Shown in pieces: positions 1-12,150 of a stretch of DNA of 46,313 nucleotides; position 1 is the stretch's first letter; each line of letters opens with the position of its first letter. Made by a program: the position numbers and the translations under genes. Source of the stretch: Chiloscyllium plagiosum (Eukaryota). The notes under the pieces were generated by a model. It did no database searches. It was not told the DNA's origin and saw only the letters and a program-made list of their open reading frames with translations. The stretch spans positions 36,943,417 to 36,989,729 of the forward strand of contig NC_057719.1 in assembly GCF_004010195.1 (NCBI RefSeq), in the 5' to 3' direction.

Positions 1-424
1 GGGTGAGGTGGGGAAGGGGAAATGAGGAAACTGTTGAAATCCACATTGATGCCCTGGGGTTGAAGTGTTCTGAGGCGGAAGATGAGGCGTTCTTCCTCCA
101 GGCGTCTGGTGGTGAGGGAGCGGCGGTGAAGGAGGCCCAGGACCTCCATGTCCTCGGCAGAGTGGGAGGAGGAGTTGAAATGTTGGGCCACAGGGCGGTG
201 TGGTTGATTGGTGCGGGTGTCCCGGAGATGTTCCCTAAAGCACTCTGTGAGAAGGCGTCCAGTCTCCCCAATGTAGAGGAGACCGCATCAGGAACAACGG
301 ATACAATAACTGATATTGGTGGATGTGCAGGTAAAACGTTGATGGATGTGGAAGGCTCCTTTAGGACCTTGGATGGAGGTGAGGGAGGAGGTGTGGGTGC
401 AGGTTTTGCAATTCCTGTGGTAGC
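1..424 (-). mobile_element. Penelope-like retroelement, 3' part (Cys-rich linker + GIY-YIG endonuclease), with an in-frame stop
   Basis: The minus strand reads [11 protein letters not shown]...RFTCTSTNISYCIRCS*CGLLYIGETGR...REHLRD...VAQHFNSSSH...LEEERLIFRLRTLQPQGINVDF, the typical PLE GIY-YIG domain. The + ORF 3..500 is its antisense shadow. Confidence 0.9.
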
Positions 425-1635
425 AATTTGCCTATCAGACCAACAGATCCACGTCGGATGCCATATCACTTGCCCTTCACTCCTCCCTAGAACATCTTGA
501 CACCAAGAACAGCTGCGTAAGAATCCTACTCATTGACTACAGTTCAGCCTTCAACACTATTGTCCCCTCGAGACTGATTACTAAACTTAGTGATCTCTGA
601 CTAAGCTCCACTCTCTGCAACTGGATCCTCAGTTTCCTGACCCACAGGCCACAATCAGTGAAGATTGGGGACAATATTTCATCCTCATTAACACTCAACA
701 CTGGAGCCCCCAGGGGTGCATACTCTGCACCCTACTGTGCTCACTGTATACCCATGACTGCATCACCAAATACCAGACTAATGTCAATTACAAGTTCGCT
801 GATGACACCACCATCAAATCTTAGATATCAATGAAACTGACTACAGGCGGGAGGTGGAAGACCTGGAAAAATGGTGCAGTGAGAACAACCTAGCTCTCAA
901 TGCCGGCAAAACCAAGAAACTCATTATTAACTTTCGGAGGGATGTTACTCATGCCCCCTACATATTAACAGCACAGAGGTGGAACGAGTGGTGAGTGTCA
1001 AGCTCCTGGGAGTGGTCATCCACATTAAGCTTTCTTGGACTCTTCATGTGGATGCACTGGTTACAAAGGTCCAACAACGTCTCTTCTTCCTCAGGTAGCT
1101 GAGGAAATTTGGCATTACGGCGAATAACCTTACCAACTTTTATAGGTGTGGCTTCGAGAGTATTCTGTCTGGATGTGTCACTACCTGGTATGGCAACTGT
1201 ACCATTCAAAATTGGAGACGGTTATACTGAGTGAACTCAGCCCGGACAATCACAAAGGCCAGCCTCCCATCTATAGAAACCATCTACCAGGCCCGCTGTC
1301 AAGGAAAGGCCTCCAGTATTCTCAAAGATCCATCCCACCCTGGCAATGCTTTACTACAACCTCCACCATCGAGGAGAAGGTACAGAAGTCTGAACACATG
1401 CACCAGCCGGTTTCATAATAGTTTCTACCCTACTGTTGTTAGAATACTGAATGTGCTCACAAACTCTTAACATCCGCCTATACCTGTGTTTTTGTTTTTG
1501 CCACTGTTTTTCTATTATTTACTATCTATGCTTCTTAACTCTGTGACCTACCTGTATTGCTCGCAAGACAAAGCTTTTCACTGTGTCTCAGTACACGTGA
1601 CAATAAATTCAATTCAATTAAATTCATTCAATTCA
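424..1635 (+). mobile_element. Rex1/Babar-type non-LTR retrotransposon, 5'-truncated, decayed RT and 3' end
   Basis: [26 protein letters not shown]...[15 protein letters not shown]...GAPQG...KFADDTT, then C-terminal ...ASSILKDPSHPGNALL...RFHNSFYPTVVRILN. Ends in AATAAA plus an (ATTCA)n tail at ~1602-1635. Confidence 0.85.
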
Positions 1636-3629
1636 TATTTCAAGGCTTGTCAGATGCTGTTAAACAGATGTTGGCAGAAGGCTGCAGTTGAATTATTGGT
1701 CCCTGCCAGGGGTAAGGTCAGAGACTGAAAATGAGCTCTGGAAACCTCTGTGCCATTTCCTTCAATCTGTCCTGCTTTTCAAATTGTTTCTTGAGAGGCT
1801 AGGATCAGACACCAGCCAGGCTATCCACTTACCAGGGCACATAGTGCTAAGGCTTGTTAAGAGTCTAATTAAGATCTGTTAAAGGAGAGGGATTTTCCAG
1901 TCAGCATCTAGATTCCACTCAAGAAACGGGAGTCAGTGTTGATTCTTGAAAGTGAGCACACAGTAACTGGAGAGCAGAGACTGAACACTGTCATGTAAAG
2001 GATTGATAGCGAATTACTAGAGCACATGATCACTGATGTCAAATGAGGTCACATACATGTAGCAGGAACCTGAGAGAGATTTTGATGAAGTCCTGAGTCA
2101 GTTCGCTTTGGAAATAGACAACAAGTGTTTGTAAGTTTATAATAGTCTGGTTTCCAACTCTTTTCTATTCCAAACATGTAGGCCTCCATCACGGTAATAA
2201 CATCAGCTCGCCAGGCAGGCCTAGAGATCTTCCCTTCTTACTTGGCTGCAGTTACAGCTGTAAACCGATGTTTAGAGCAGTTCCCACATCCCCACTCCTC
2301 TTCCCTAGACCCCACAATTAAACCCCATAGTGGTGGTCAGGCTGCTGCATAATTTGAGATTAGATTGGGAGAGGAGGTGATTTCATGCTGAAACATTCAC
2401 CCTCTCATTTAGAGTCTATTTTCAAGATGGAAGACTTTGGATTGTCACTCTAGCTTTGAACCTTTCTAAAGTCCTTAATCACTTGGTGAACGTTTCCTCT
2501 GTCATTCATTGACTGACTCAGGGTCATCCCATTGAGTGACTGTTACTCTCCACCAGTGAGTTCAGGATTTGGAAACTCTTCACAAACTCTTCCCACCCAA
2601 GGAGGATATTCCAGCCCTCAGATCTGGAGGCCTCAATACGTGTTAATAAAACAATAAAATTAGGAACCATCCTGGCTCTTTATTAGATTATTTTCAAACT
2701 TTTCTCCCATTTAACACCTATTTAACCTGGTGTTCTTCTGTCCTTTCTAACAGCCAGCTTTAAAACAATATTCCAGTTGGTAGCAGTTTTAATCTGTTCA
2801 AATGTCCAGTTGGAACCAGATTAGCGTTATTACAAATCATTCCATGTTAAGATAAAGAAGGAATCATCATTTCAGCTCATTATAAGGAGTAGCATGCCAT
2901 TATAACTACTAGTGCAGATTAAGTTCAGAATTGACCAGACCAACATCCAGCCTCCTACAGTGTCCAACAATAGTATTTTTTGCAGATTTTATAATTGACA
3001 ATCACTTGCTTAAGATATACAAAAATCATCCAACTGAGTTTATCTGCTGAGCATAGGGACATGTACACATTCAATGGTTTTATGTGGAAGTAAACTGCAA
3101 AGTAGAAAAAGATGAATGCTTAGATTGGATATCATTTCAATTTTGCACATCTGTCTTCAACATTTTCCAACCGTTTTTGGCCCATGTTGAATTGTTGCTA
3201 TTTGAATATTTAATGCCAATTCTGGATCAAATACAGAAAAGCTTCTACAATATGTTCCTCCTACTCATGGAAAAAACTAGCAGGGAGCTGGTAGACAGTT
3301 AATTAGCATTTAATTGATAGAGCTTTGAATACATTTGCATTTTGCAGCTTTTTTTAAAATAAAAGAGTCATGCAAGCATTGGTACTATTGAGATTGAGGC
3401 TATCCATTGGTGCTAATGACTCCTTCATATGACTCCATATAGGCTGTAAGTCAAAGATGCATTCTGTCTCTTGGAAAAGCAATTAACTTTTACTCAGGCC
3501 ACAATCACAAATTACACCTTGTCTCATAACAAAAATGGCCATATATACAAATTAATGCAGCAACATTCTGTATCTCTGCCAGTTAAACATGACTACACAA
3601 TTAATAACTTGGCTTTAATATCAGGATAA

Positions 3630-3905
3630 GGAGCAGCATATTTAAGACCAAGATGAAGAGGAATTTCTTCTCTCAGAGGGAAGTGGATCTGGGAAATTCT
3701 TTACTGCACAAGGCTGTTGAGGCTGGGCTATTAGATATATTTAAGGCTAAGATATATTTTTAATTGGTAAGGGAATCAGGGGTTGCAGGGAAAAGGCAGG
3801 AAAGCAGAGCTGAGGATTATAGATCAGGCATGACCTCACTGAAGGGTGAAGTAGACTCGATGGGCTGAATAGCTTACTTCTGCTCTTCCGTCTTATGTCT
3901 TATGG
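3630..3905 (+). mobile_element. CR1 (HER1-like) LINE 3' fragment
   Basis: Resembles the CR1 ORF2 end (RNFFSQR) and 3' UTR tail (gactcgatgggctgaatagcttacttctgctc...tcttatg). Confidence 0.75.
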
Positions 3906-4534
3906 TGTGATGGTGATGTTGCTGTTAGTTTGTTAAAGTTTTTTTATTTTGCACTCATTAGTCCAATTCAAAAGAATACCAAAGCAAAGGAAAAATGACA
4001 TTTACACTATATAAGAAGAGACAGTGCTGAATGGTTAGCAAGTGAATTTTGATTGGTATAGCTTTGCCATGGAGAATGCACCATTTAAATAATGTCAGAC
4101 AGTTAACAGCCAAATTTTGTTTAAATTTTAAACCAAGCAGGTTGGTTCTGAGAAACAAACCAGAAAGTGGTTGAATTTAACAGAATAGGTAACAGCTATT
4201 CGTTGGCTCATTCCATGACAGCTCACAAACTATAGTAGAATGTATTGCAGAATTTGAGAATTTGTTGCTGGCTGTTTACTTCATGTACTATTTCTAATCA
4301 CCACTGAAGAATCCAACGTTTGGACTGAAAGATGCTGAGTAAAAGGTTATATCAGTATATAAATGCTGGCTCAGTCAGCAATGCCCATGAGCTACGAGTG
4401 AATTAAAATAGTAATGCTCATAAAATCTATTTGACAGACATGTTCCTAATTTTCTTTTTAACCGCCAGTAGACTAGGCACTGCTTTTGTCAACTTTGCAG
4501 CAACACAAAGTACTTGCATGCCAAATTGTGGAGG

Positions 4535-4968
4535 AAGATTTACAAGGATGTTGTCAGGGCTGGAGGATTTGAGGTACAGGGAGAGACTGAATAGGCTGGG
4601 GCTGTTTTCCCTGGAGTGTTGGAGGCTGAGGGGTGAACTTATAGAGGTTTATAAAATCATGAGGGGCATGGATAGGATAAATAGACAAAGTCTTTTCTCT
4701 GGGGTGGGGTAGTCCAGAACTAGAGGGCATAGGTTTAAGGTGAGGGGGGGGGAAATTTAAAAGGGTCCTAAGGAGCAACCTTTCCATGCAGAGGGAGTGG
4801 TAGAGGCTGGTAAAATTACAAGATTCAAAAGGCATCTGGGTAGGTATATGAATAGGAAGGGCGTGCTGGCAAATGGGACTAGATTTGGTTAGGATATTTG
4901 GATGGCATGGACGAGTTGGACCAAAGGGTCTCTTTCCATGCTGTACATCTCTATGAATCTATGACTCT
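4535..4968 (+). mobile_element. CR1 (HER1-like) LINE 3' fragment
   Basis: RFTRMLSGLEDLRYRERLNRLGLFSLECWRLRGELIEVYKIMRGMDR, with tail ccatgctgtacatctctatg...atgactcta. Confidence 0.9.
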
Positions 4969-5229
4969 AAGTAGAGAGGGCTAAACAATTGATCAGATCT
5001 AAGCTCTGCAGTCCGGTCATATTTGGTTGGGAATGGTGATAGACGATTAAAAACGTGCAGAAGGAGGAGGCTCCACAAAATGTCCTCAGTTTTAATGATG
5101 GGGATGACCAGCACCTTAGTGCAAAAGGGAAGGCTGAAGCATTTGCAAGTACCTTCTGCTAGAAGACTCCAACATCACAGATACCCGTCTCCAACCCGTC
5201 TCCAACAAATTCAATTCTTTCCAACTGAT

Positions 5230-5570
5230 TTTTTAAAAATTCACTCATTGGGTGGATGAGGGCATTGTTGGCTAGACTATCATTTATTGTTCAGGGGAAG
5301 CAAAGAATTAATCATGTTACTGTAGGTCTGTAGTCACCCTTGGCCAAACCAGATAAGGATGTCATTTTTCTCTTCCTTAAAGGATATTTAAGGAAGAGTC
5401 AATTATGGTTACATAATCACTATTAGGTTAGCTTTTATTCCAGATTTCTATTGACTTCAAGTTTCACTAACTGCTGTGGCAAGATTTGAACCCTTGTACA
5501 CAGAATATTTGCCCGCTAGCTTTGGGTTGCCAGTCGAGTGATAATACCACTACACAAACACTTCCCCTCG
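5230..5570 (-). mobile_element. tRNA-headed SINE sharing its 3' tail with the L2/CR1-group LINE
   Basis: Minus-strand head with B-box-like gggttcaaatc at the 5570 end. Homologous to 13280-13410, 22505-22830 and 34270-34475. Confidence 0.6.
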
Positions 5571-5987
5571 AACCATCAAGAAATTGCTGAAGACTGGCAA
5601 AGGCACTGTATATCACAAAGGTTAAGTCCTGTCATGACATCTTGAAGACTGGTGCTCCAGAGCTAACTGCATACTTGTCAAGCCGTGCCAGTAGACCTCA
5701 AACACTGGCATCTCTCTGACAATCTAGAAAATTTCCCAGATATGTCCTGTCCACAAAGTAGGCCAAATCCAATCGGGCCAATTACTGCGCCATCAGCAAT
5801 CTTGCAATCGTTGGTAAAGTCTTGCTGACATTGCTATCAAATGGCACTTACACAGCAATAACATGAACACTGATGCCTAGTTTAGGTTCCACCAGGAATG
5901 CACAGCATCTGCTGCATGGCAGTTTTGCTCAAGAAGAATTGAAAGACAAAATGCGAGACACTGACCTCAAGGCAGCATTTGACCAAG

Positions 5988-6301
5988 ATTAGATTAGATT
6001 AGATTACAGTGTGGAAACAGGCCCTTCGGCCCAACAAGTCCACACCAACCCACCGAAGCGAAAACCACCCATTCCCCTACATTTACCCCTTACCTAACAC
6101 TACGGGCAATTTAGCATGGCCAATTCACCTGACCTGCACATCTTTGGACTGTGGGAGGAAACCGGAGCACCCGGAGGAAACCCACGTAGACACGGGGAGA
6201 ACGTGCAAACTCCACACAGTCAGTCGCCTGAGGCGGGAATTGAACCCGGGTCTCTAGCGCTGTGAGGCAGCAGTGCTAACCACTGTGCCACCGTGCCGCC
6301 C
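5988..6301 (-). mobile_element. HE1-type tRNA-derived SINE (young)
   Basis: The reverse complement begins gggcggcacggtggcacagtggttagc (A box), contains gggttcaattccc (B box) and a CR1-derived tail, and ends in (TCTAA)n. Confidence 0.9.
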
Positions 6302-6744
6302 GCTTTAGGGAGCCTTAGCAAAATTGAAGTTAATGGAAATGGGAGAATCTCTCCACTAGCTGGAGACATATCTAGCACAAAGAAAGATGCTTATGTTTGA
6401 TGTAAGCAATCATCTCAGTATCAGGACATCAGTGCAGGAATTCATTAGGATGGTCTTCAATGTGCAACCATCATCAGTTAGTTTACCAAGGGCCTTCCCT
6501 CTATCAGAAAGCCTGATATTGGGAATGATGATTGCATAATACTCAGAAAAATTCCAGATTCCTCAGATACTGAAGCAGCCTGTGTTCATATGCAGCCAAG
6601 CCTGGATGATATTTAGATACAGACTGACCAGTGGCAAATAACATTTTCACTACACAAGTGCCAAGCAATGACCATCTTCAACCCAGAAAATATAATTGTC
6701 TCATCTTGACATTCAATAGAATGCTTAATTGCTAATTTTTAAAA

Positions 6745-7345
6745 AGTATTCTTTAATAGGACGTGCACATTACCTCCAAGGCCAGTATTTATTGCCCATC
6801 CCTAACTGGGTGGCATGGTGGCACATTGGTTAGCACTACTGCCTCACAGCGCCAGAGACCCGGGTTCAATTCCCGACTCAGGCGACTGACTGTGTGGAGT
6901 TTGCACATTCTCCCCGTGTCTGCGTGGGTTTCCTCTGGGTGCTCCGGTTTCCTCCCACAGTCCAAACAAAAAAATTTGCAGGTCAGGTGAATTGGCCATG
7001 CTAAATTGCCCGTAGTGTTAGGTAAAGGGGTGAATGGGGGGGTTGCGCTTCGGTGGGTCGGTGTGGACTTGTTGGGCCGAAGGGCCTGTTTCCACACTGT
7101 AAGTAATCTAATCTAAAAAAAAACTGCTATTGAGAAGATGGTAGGGAGCAGCCTTTTGCTGTCCATGTGGTGCAGGTACACCTATAGTACTGTTATGAAG
7201 CGAGTTTCAGGATTTTGACTCAGTGACAATGAAGGAGCAATGAACAGTTCCAAATCAGAAGAGCATTGATTTTGTGGGGAACTGCATGATGGTGGTGTTC
7301 CCATATTCGGCTGCCCTTGTCCTTATAGTTCTTAGAATTTGCAGT
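6745..7345 (-). mobile_element. 3' tail fragment of the L2/CR1-group LINE, itself interrupted by an HE1 SINE
   Basis: Reverse complement of the family tail (gccagtatttattgcccatcccta...gcagcc...ccatgtggtgcaggtacacc), continuing after 7120. Confidence 0.65.
6808..7122 (+). mobile_element. HE1-type tRNA-derived SINE (young)
   Basis: A box tggcacattgg, B box ggttcaattcc (~6863-6873), tail gggccgaagggcctgtttccacactgtaagtaatctaatct plus an A-run. Confidence 0.9.
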
Positions 7346-8340
7346 TTTGAAAGGTTTGGAATTTCCCACTAACAACACCCTGGAGGTTATGATTGACCTG
7401 AAACTGAACTGCACTAACCATATAAACACTATGGCTACAAGAGCAGGTCAGAGACTGGGAATTTTACAGTGGGTAATTCACTTGACACCACAAAGTTTGT
7501 CTGCCATTTCCCCTGAACCTTCTCCATTTGCATGAATGAATGTGCTCCAACAAAGATCAAGAAGGTTGACACTATCCAGGACAATCTGCTTGATCCACAC
7601 CTCATTGACTAAATTAAACATTTGCTTTCTCCACCAAAAACTCAGTGTCAACCTTGAGTACTATGTACAAGATGCACTGTAACAAGTCACCAAAGCTGCT
7701 TCTACAGCAACTTCCAAACTTGCAATCACTACTACCTGGAAGTGGTAGTGATTGCAAGGGCAGTGGACATATGGGGACAAGTTCCCTTCCAAGCCACAAA
7801 GGCATCACCTTGACTTGGAACTATATCACCATTCCCTTACTGTTACTAGATATTAGTCTTGTAGATCCCACCCTAATAGAACTGTGGGAGTACCTGCCCC
7901 AGATAGATTACTGAAAGTCAAGAAGGCAGCTCATCACTACCTTCTCAAGGTCAATAAATGCTGACCATATCAGCAATGCCCACAATCCATGAAAGCATAA
8001 AAAATGATTGTGTGCTGAAAGGCAAGGACCTATTTAAAAAATCAACAAAGTGTTGAATGGCCATTGATTTTACCTGACACCAGGGAAGGTTTCCCTTTCT
8101 CATTAAGTCTACTTAAGAAATATGCCCTTTTATAATTAACAGTTTTATAAATTTGTTACACAGAGAGAAATTTTACTTCTAAATTGAGACATGGATCAAT
8201 AAATAATTTAGATTATTTATCTGTTTGAAATGGTTCCAAACAAATTCCAACAATATAGACCATCTACTGACTTTGACTGTCATTATGTTTATAGTGTGAG
8301 CTTTGCAAACCTCATCAATGGTCCTGTTTCATTCCTTTAG

Positions 8341-8484
8341 GTGAAGCAGATTGCTCCTGAGTACTATGACAACCTGCCCCAGCACTCTTCGTGGGTGCGT
8401 GTGCTCTGGGACTTTGTTTTTGATGACAGCATTGGTCCTTACTCCAGGATTAAGAGGGAGTGCAAGCTGGTAAAAGATGACTGA
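8341..8484 (+). CDS. DEGS2: Sphingolipid delta(4)-desaturase/C4-hydroxylase DES2, last coding exon
   Basis: Acceptor gtttcattcctttag|, phase 0, reading [62 protein letters not shown] and GPY match DEGS2 better than DEGS1, and it is convergent with EVL as in human. Confidence 0.92.
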   Translation: MKQIAPEYYDNLPQHSSWVRVLWDFVFDDSIGPYSRIKRECKLVKDD

Positions 8485-8567
8485 GAAATAAAAGAAATCC
8501 TGTGAATCCTGGAAATCATTAACAAAACTCTGAAAATCTGCAAACAAACTGTGCCAGGTTTGTTAAC

Positions 8568-8804
8568 CATGTTTTGGAGATACCGGTGTTGGACTGGGGA
8601 GTACAAAGTTGAATATCACACAACATCAGGTTATAGTCCAACAGGTTTAATTGGAAGCTATAGCTTTTGGAGCACTGCTCCTTCATCAGGTGATTATGGG
8701 GAGTGGTTCTCCGCAACCACCTGATGAAGGAGCAGCGCTCCGAAAGCTAGTGCTTCCAAATAAATCTGTTGCACTATAACCTGGTGTTGTGTGACCTCTA
8801 ACTT
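8568..8804. mobile_element. Fold-back Penelope-derived element (inverted pseudo-LTR arms), 12-bp TSD, minimal hammerhead motif
   Basis: Arms ~8608-8700 and ~8710-8804 are reverse complements. TSD aggtttgttaac at 8556-8567 and 8805-8816. Confidence 0.85.
8718..8752 (+). ncRNA. Minimal type-I hammerhead ribozyme motif (Penelope type), core intact
   Basis: cac-CTGATGA-a-ggagc-agc-gctcc-GAAA-gcta-gtg: conserved core boxes, 5-bp stem II, palindromic AGCT in place of stem III, 3-bp stem I (cac/gtg). Confidence 0.7.
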
Positions 8805-10449
8805 AGGTTTGTTAACAACTGTAAAGAGAAAAGAAAAAAGAATCAACAAGTAGATTCAAATTGCTTACCAGCAGATTTCCTGCTTTTCTGACAACTGATC
8901 TGTGCAGTCAATCCATAAAAATTATGTCAATATTAAATAAGATCAATAACCAAATTAATTATGTAACTTTTAGCGCTGTTTCAAATTACATCTGATTACT
9001 TTTTGATGTATTTTTACCCATAAAGATTAGATTTAGATTTTAACATGATGTTCGTTATATTTTGGAATAATATTAAACGTGTCTAAATTGAGTGTCGATG
9101 TGAATGGACACTGAAATGAATCAGAATGAGACTCTCTCTTCTTGAGAGCTCACTATGGTTAAGATTAGCCCCAACTCCACAGTCAGGCAGCATTTAAACA
9201 GCAACATTGATTTGAAGTGAAACTACTTGATAGCATCAATCCAGTTGTCATATGAACCTACTACTAGATTGTGTGTAGCTTGAGGAAGATAACAATTGTT
9301 ACTAGGCAGCCAGTTTCACAAATTTTCCATCCATGCTCAAAAACAGATTGTTGTTGCTGGAATAAAGCTGTCAATGTCAAGAAATGTATTATTGCTGTGA
9401 CATTTAAAGGATGTTTCCACCTCACTTGAAACGCTTAAATCTTATAAAACACACAATATGCTCAGATCAATTTGTCACACACACAAAAAAAAATGCATGA
9501 AGGTGCATAAAATCCATTTGGTCTCAGGACTCCAACATCTCGAAGAGTAAACTCAACTCCAGCATTGTAAGAGTTAATCTCAGGGTTCAGTGTCAATTAG
9601 CTGCACTTTCCCATACCAATAGTTCTGGGTCCCCTGCTGGAAAATCTATTTAATTGTCGTTAAAATCACTTGTGCGGGCAATGTATTGGGAACATATGGC
9701 TGTAACATTATGGGTAGTTACCTCATCAGATAAAATGCACTTCCAATGACATCGCTGTTGCCTGACTAATTTATCATACTTCCTCTGCTGTACATTGTTT
9801 TTGAATTAAGTTAAACCTTCCTCATTAATGAGGATCCCAACTTTACAACTGTGACCAATAGAACAAATTCTAAATGTCATTAGTTTCCAATTGTTGCACA
9901 CATCAGCACCCACTGACTGGAATTCACTTATCCAGTAACCACTCCCATGCAAAACAGATGTCATGCCTCTGCTCCATTGCAGAGTTCCTAATGAGCTAGT
10001 GTGCGAATGTGGAGACTGTGATGCAGCTGTTTTTCACAGGTCGCATAGAACCTAGTACCTGACAGATAGCTGAAACAGCAACATAGCACAAAGTACGTGA
10101 TCAGAATCAGCTAAATCCCTTGGTCTTGTGCTTTTATGAGCCAAATCAAAACTGTCCCAACCCTACTGTGTTTGCACAGACTGATGAAATCAGTTTTCAA
10201 TGGAGCGATTACACTATCATTTATTTCATTACTAATGGAAATATGGATGTAAATTATATAATGATATTTGCTTTGTAGAATGTTTGGATATGTCTACGTA
10301 CACATATATATGAAGCTTCAGATTTGTAAAAAAAGCAGACCAATTTGTGTACTTAGTATTATCTCATATTTCATTTGCTGTTTAGACATTTAGTTTAGCA
10401 ATTGAAGCATTGATAGATATAATCCAAGTGACACTGCTTCAACCAGCAG

Positions 10450-10595
10450 CTTGTTTCGGGCACATTTTTGTTTCTTTCTGTTTCTGACTACATTAAAACA
10501 GTGATTACTCTTCAATGTACTTTGTAGCCTGTGAAGCACTTTGAGATGTTCTGATGTTGTGAAATGTACTATATAAATATAATGACTTCTTTTCT
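10450..10595 (+). mobile_element. Deu-domain SINE (SacSINE1-like) 3' tail relic
   Basis: tgtgaagcactttgagatgttctgatgttgtgaaatgtactatataaat resembles the DeuSINE tail. Reverse-orientation copies at ~14070, ~15930 and ~35660. Confidence 0.5.
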
Positions 10596-11469
10596 TGATC
10601 GCTCTACTTTGATGTCTTAATTCATAGTCTGCGAATGTTACCTATTGCCTTAAATAAAGAGGAAATAATATAATTTGTGGCATGATTCTTTATACTGTCA
10701 CATATACTGTCAAATCATCCTTGATAAGAGGTTGAGTGAATGTGGAAAAAAAAATCTCTTAAATAATGAGATTGTAAAACATAAATACTCAAATAATTCT
10801 TCACAGATTACTGCTGAAGGGCCAAATGAAAAGAATCTTGGTGAATTTTTTCAAAATTATCCTGTTGTCATTTTATATAACTATTAGACTGAGGACTGAA
10901 TAGGCAATTCTGGCTATAGCAGGTTGGTTTTGGGTTTAAATCTCAGGTTTGACTCCTATTTTAGCCAGGATTCGGGTATTCTGTGCAGCTAGGCACAAAT
11001 ATATGTGTACACATAACACTTCTCACAAAGGAAGGAAACGTTCTCTATGGGATGCCTCCCCATCAGTTGATGTGGAGAAACATCATTGGCAGCCATGAAA
11101 TCTGTGACCTAAATTACTCTGAACAGATGGGAATGAACGTAAAGAGCTTCTCCTTCTGCAATAAGAATTGTGTGTTATCTTTTAGAATATATACATTAAT
11201 TCCTTCTCTATTATTATATTTTAATGCAGCCATTTATATGCAAGCTATTTAAATCAAAAAGTTTAACCTCTTTTTAAATAAAAAAAGGGACTAATACAAT
11301 GCAATAACCAAAAATATCAGTGAATAATAAGTGTAAAGAGGAAATTAAACTCCCAGGGATAAATTATGACTAATTATGAAATAGAGAGTAGCACCCCTTA
11401 GATATGAAAGTATTTGAATATTGCTTGAGTCAAGTATTTCAAATTCCTTAGAGACATTCAATTATAACA

Positions 11470-12150
11470 ATATTGTGGTTGACAAATCTGTCAGAGGTTT
11501 TTGAAATTGTAGCTAGCTGGGTAGATAAGGAGGAATCAATGGGTACAGTGCATTGAATTTTCGAAAGAAAACTTAGTATGGCTTTGCACAAAAGTTATCA
11601 CATGAAATTAGAGTTTATGGCATGAACATGCCGTAAGGTTTGGCTAATGGACAAAAAGGAAGTTGGAATAAATAAGTCATTTTTCAGTGACAGGCTGTAA
11701 GTAGTGGAATACCAGATGAACCAATGCTAGGACCTCAAATATTTACAATCAATATGATAACTTAGACGAAGGAACTAAATGTAGTGTTTGCTGATGGTTC
11801 AAAGTAAGGTGTGAAGTACGTTGTGAAAGGGAGCAAAGATGTTGAAAAAGATTTAAGCAGATGAAATGAACGGTAAGAGACTGGAAATGCTGGTATTCAG
11901 GCAGGGCTGGGAATTACAATCAACACAGCAAGAAGATAAGAAAGCAAATATACTTTTATCTCAATAGAGTATACTGAAAGTATAAAGGAGTCTTTCAATT
12001 ATATAGGCTTTCCAAATGGCATACAGTTTTGGTTTGTTTATTGAAGGAACAATATGAAGAGAGGGTACATAAATGTTCACTAGATTAATTCCTGAAGTGA
12101 GGGGAATGTCGATTGAGGAGAGATTGAACAAAATGGGCACATGTTCCTTA
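11470..12150 (+). mobile_element. Highly decayed CR1 RT fragment
   Basis: Remnants of LTNL.EFFE..DK.E...NF.K, SG.P.G..LGP..F.I and FAD motifs. Confidence 0.6.

Larger units (their letters stand above)
5030..8005 (+). mobile_element. Old L2/CR1-group LINE (RT region to 3' end) interrupted by SINEs and a LINE tail
   Basis: Decayed RT motifs (CPVHK..KSN.ANY.., DLKAAFD). 3' tail caataaatgctgacc...gcccacaatccatgaaagcataaaaaa at ~7950-8005. Same family as 23140-23742 and 31455-34250. Confidence 0.7.

Noticed and set aside
3..500. 165-aa plus-strand ORF
   Set aside because: Antisense shadow of the Penelope GIY-YIG region.
1690..2690. Possible very old Harbinger transposase relic on the minus strand
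   Set aside because: Only a vague resemblance; no motif could be read convincingly.
6009..7097. Repeated MWKQALRPNKST... ORFs
   Set aside because: Translations of HE1 SINEs, not genes.
8819..8868. Minus-strand GTAAGC donor and strong pyrimidine-tract CAG acceptor
   Set aside because: The implied intron is only ~50 nt, there is no recognisable flanking frame, and the A-rich DEGS2 UTR explains the tract.
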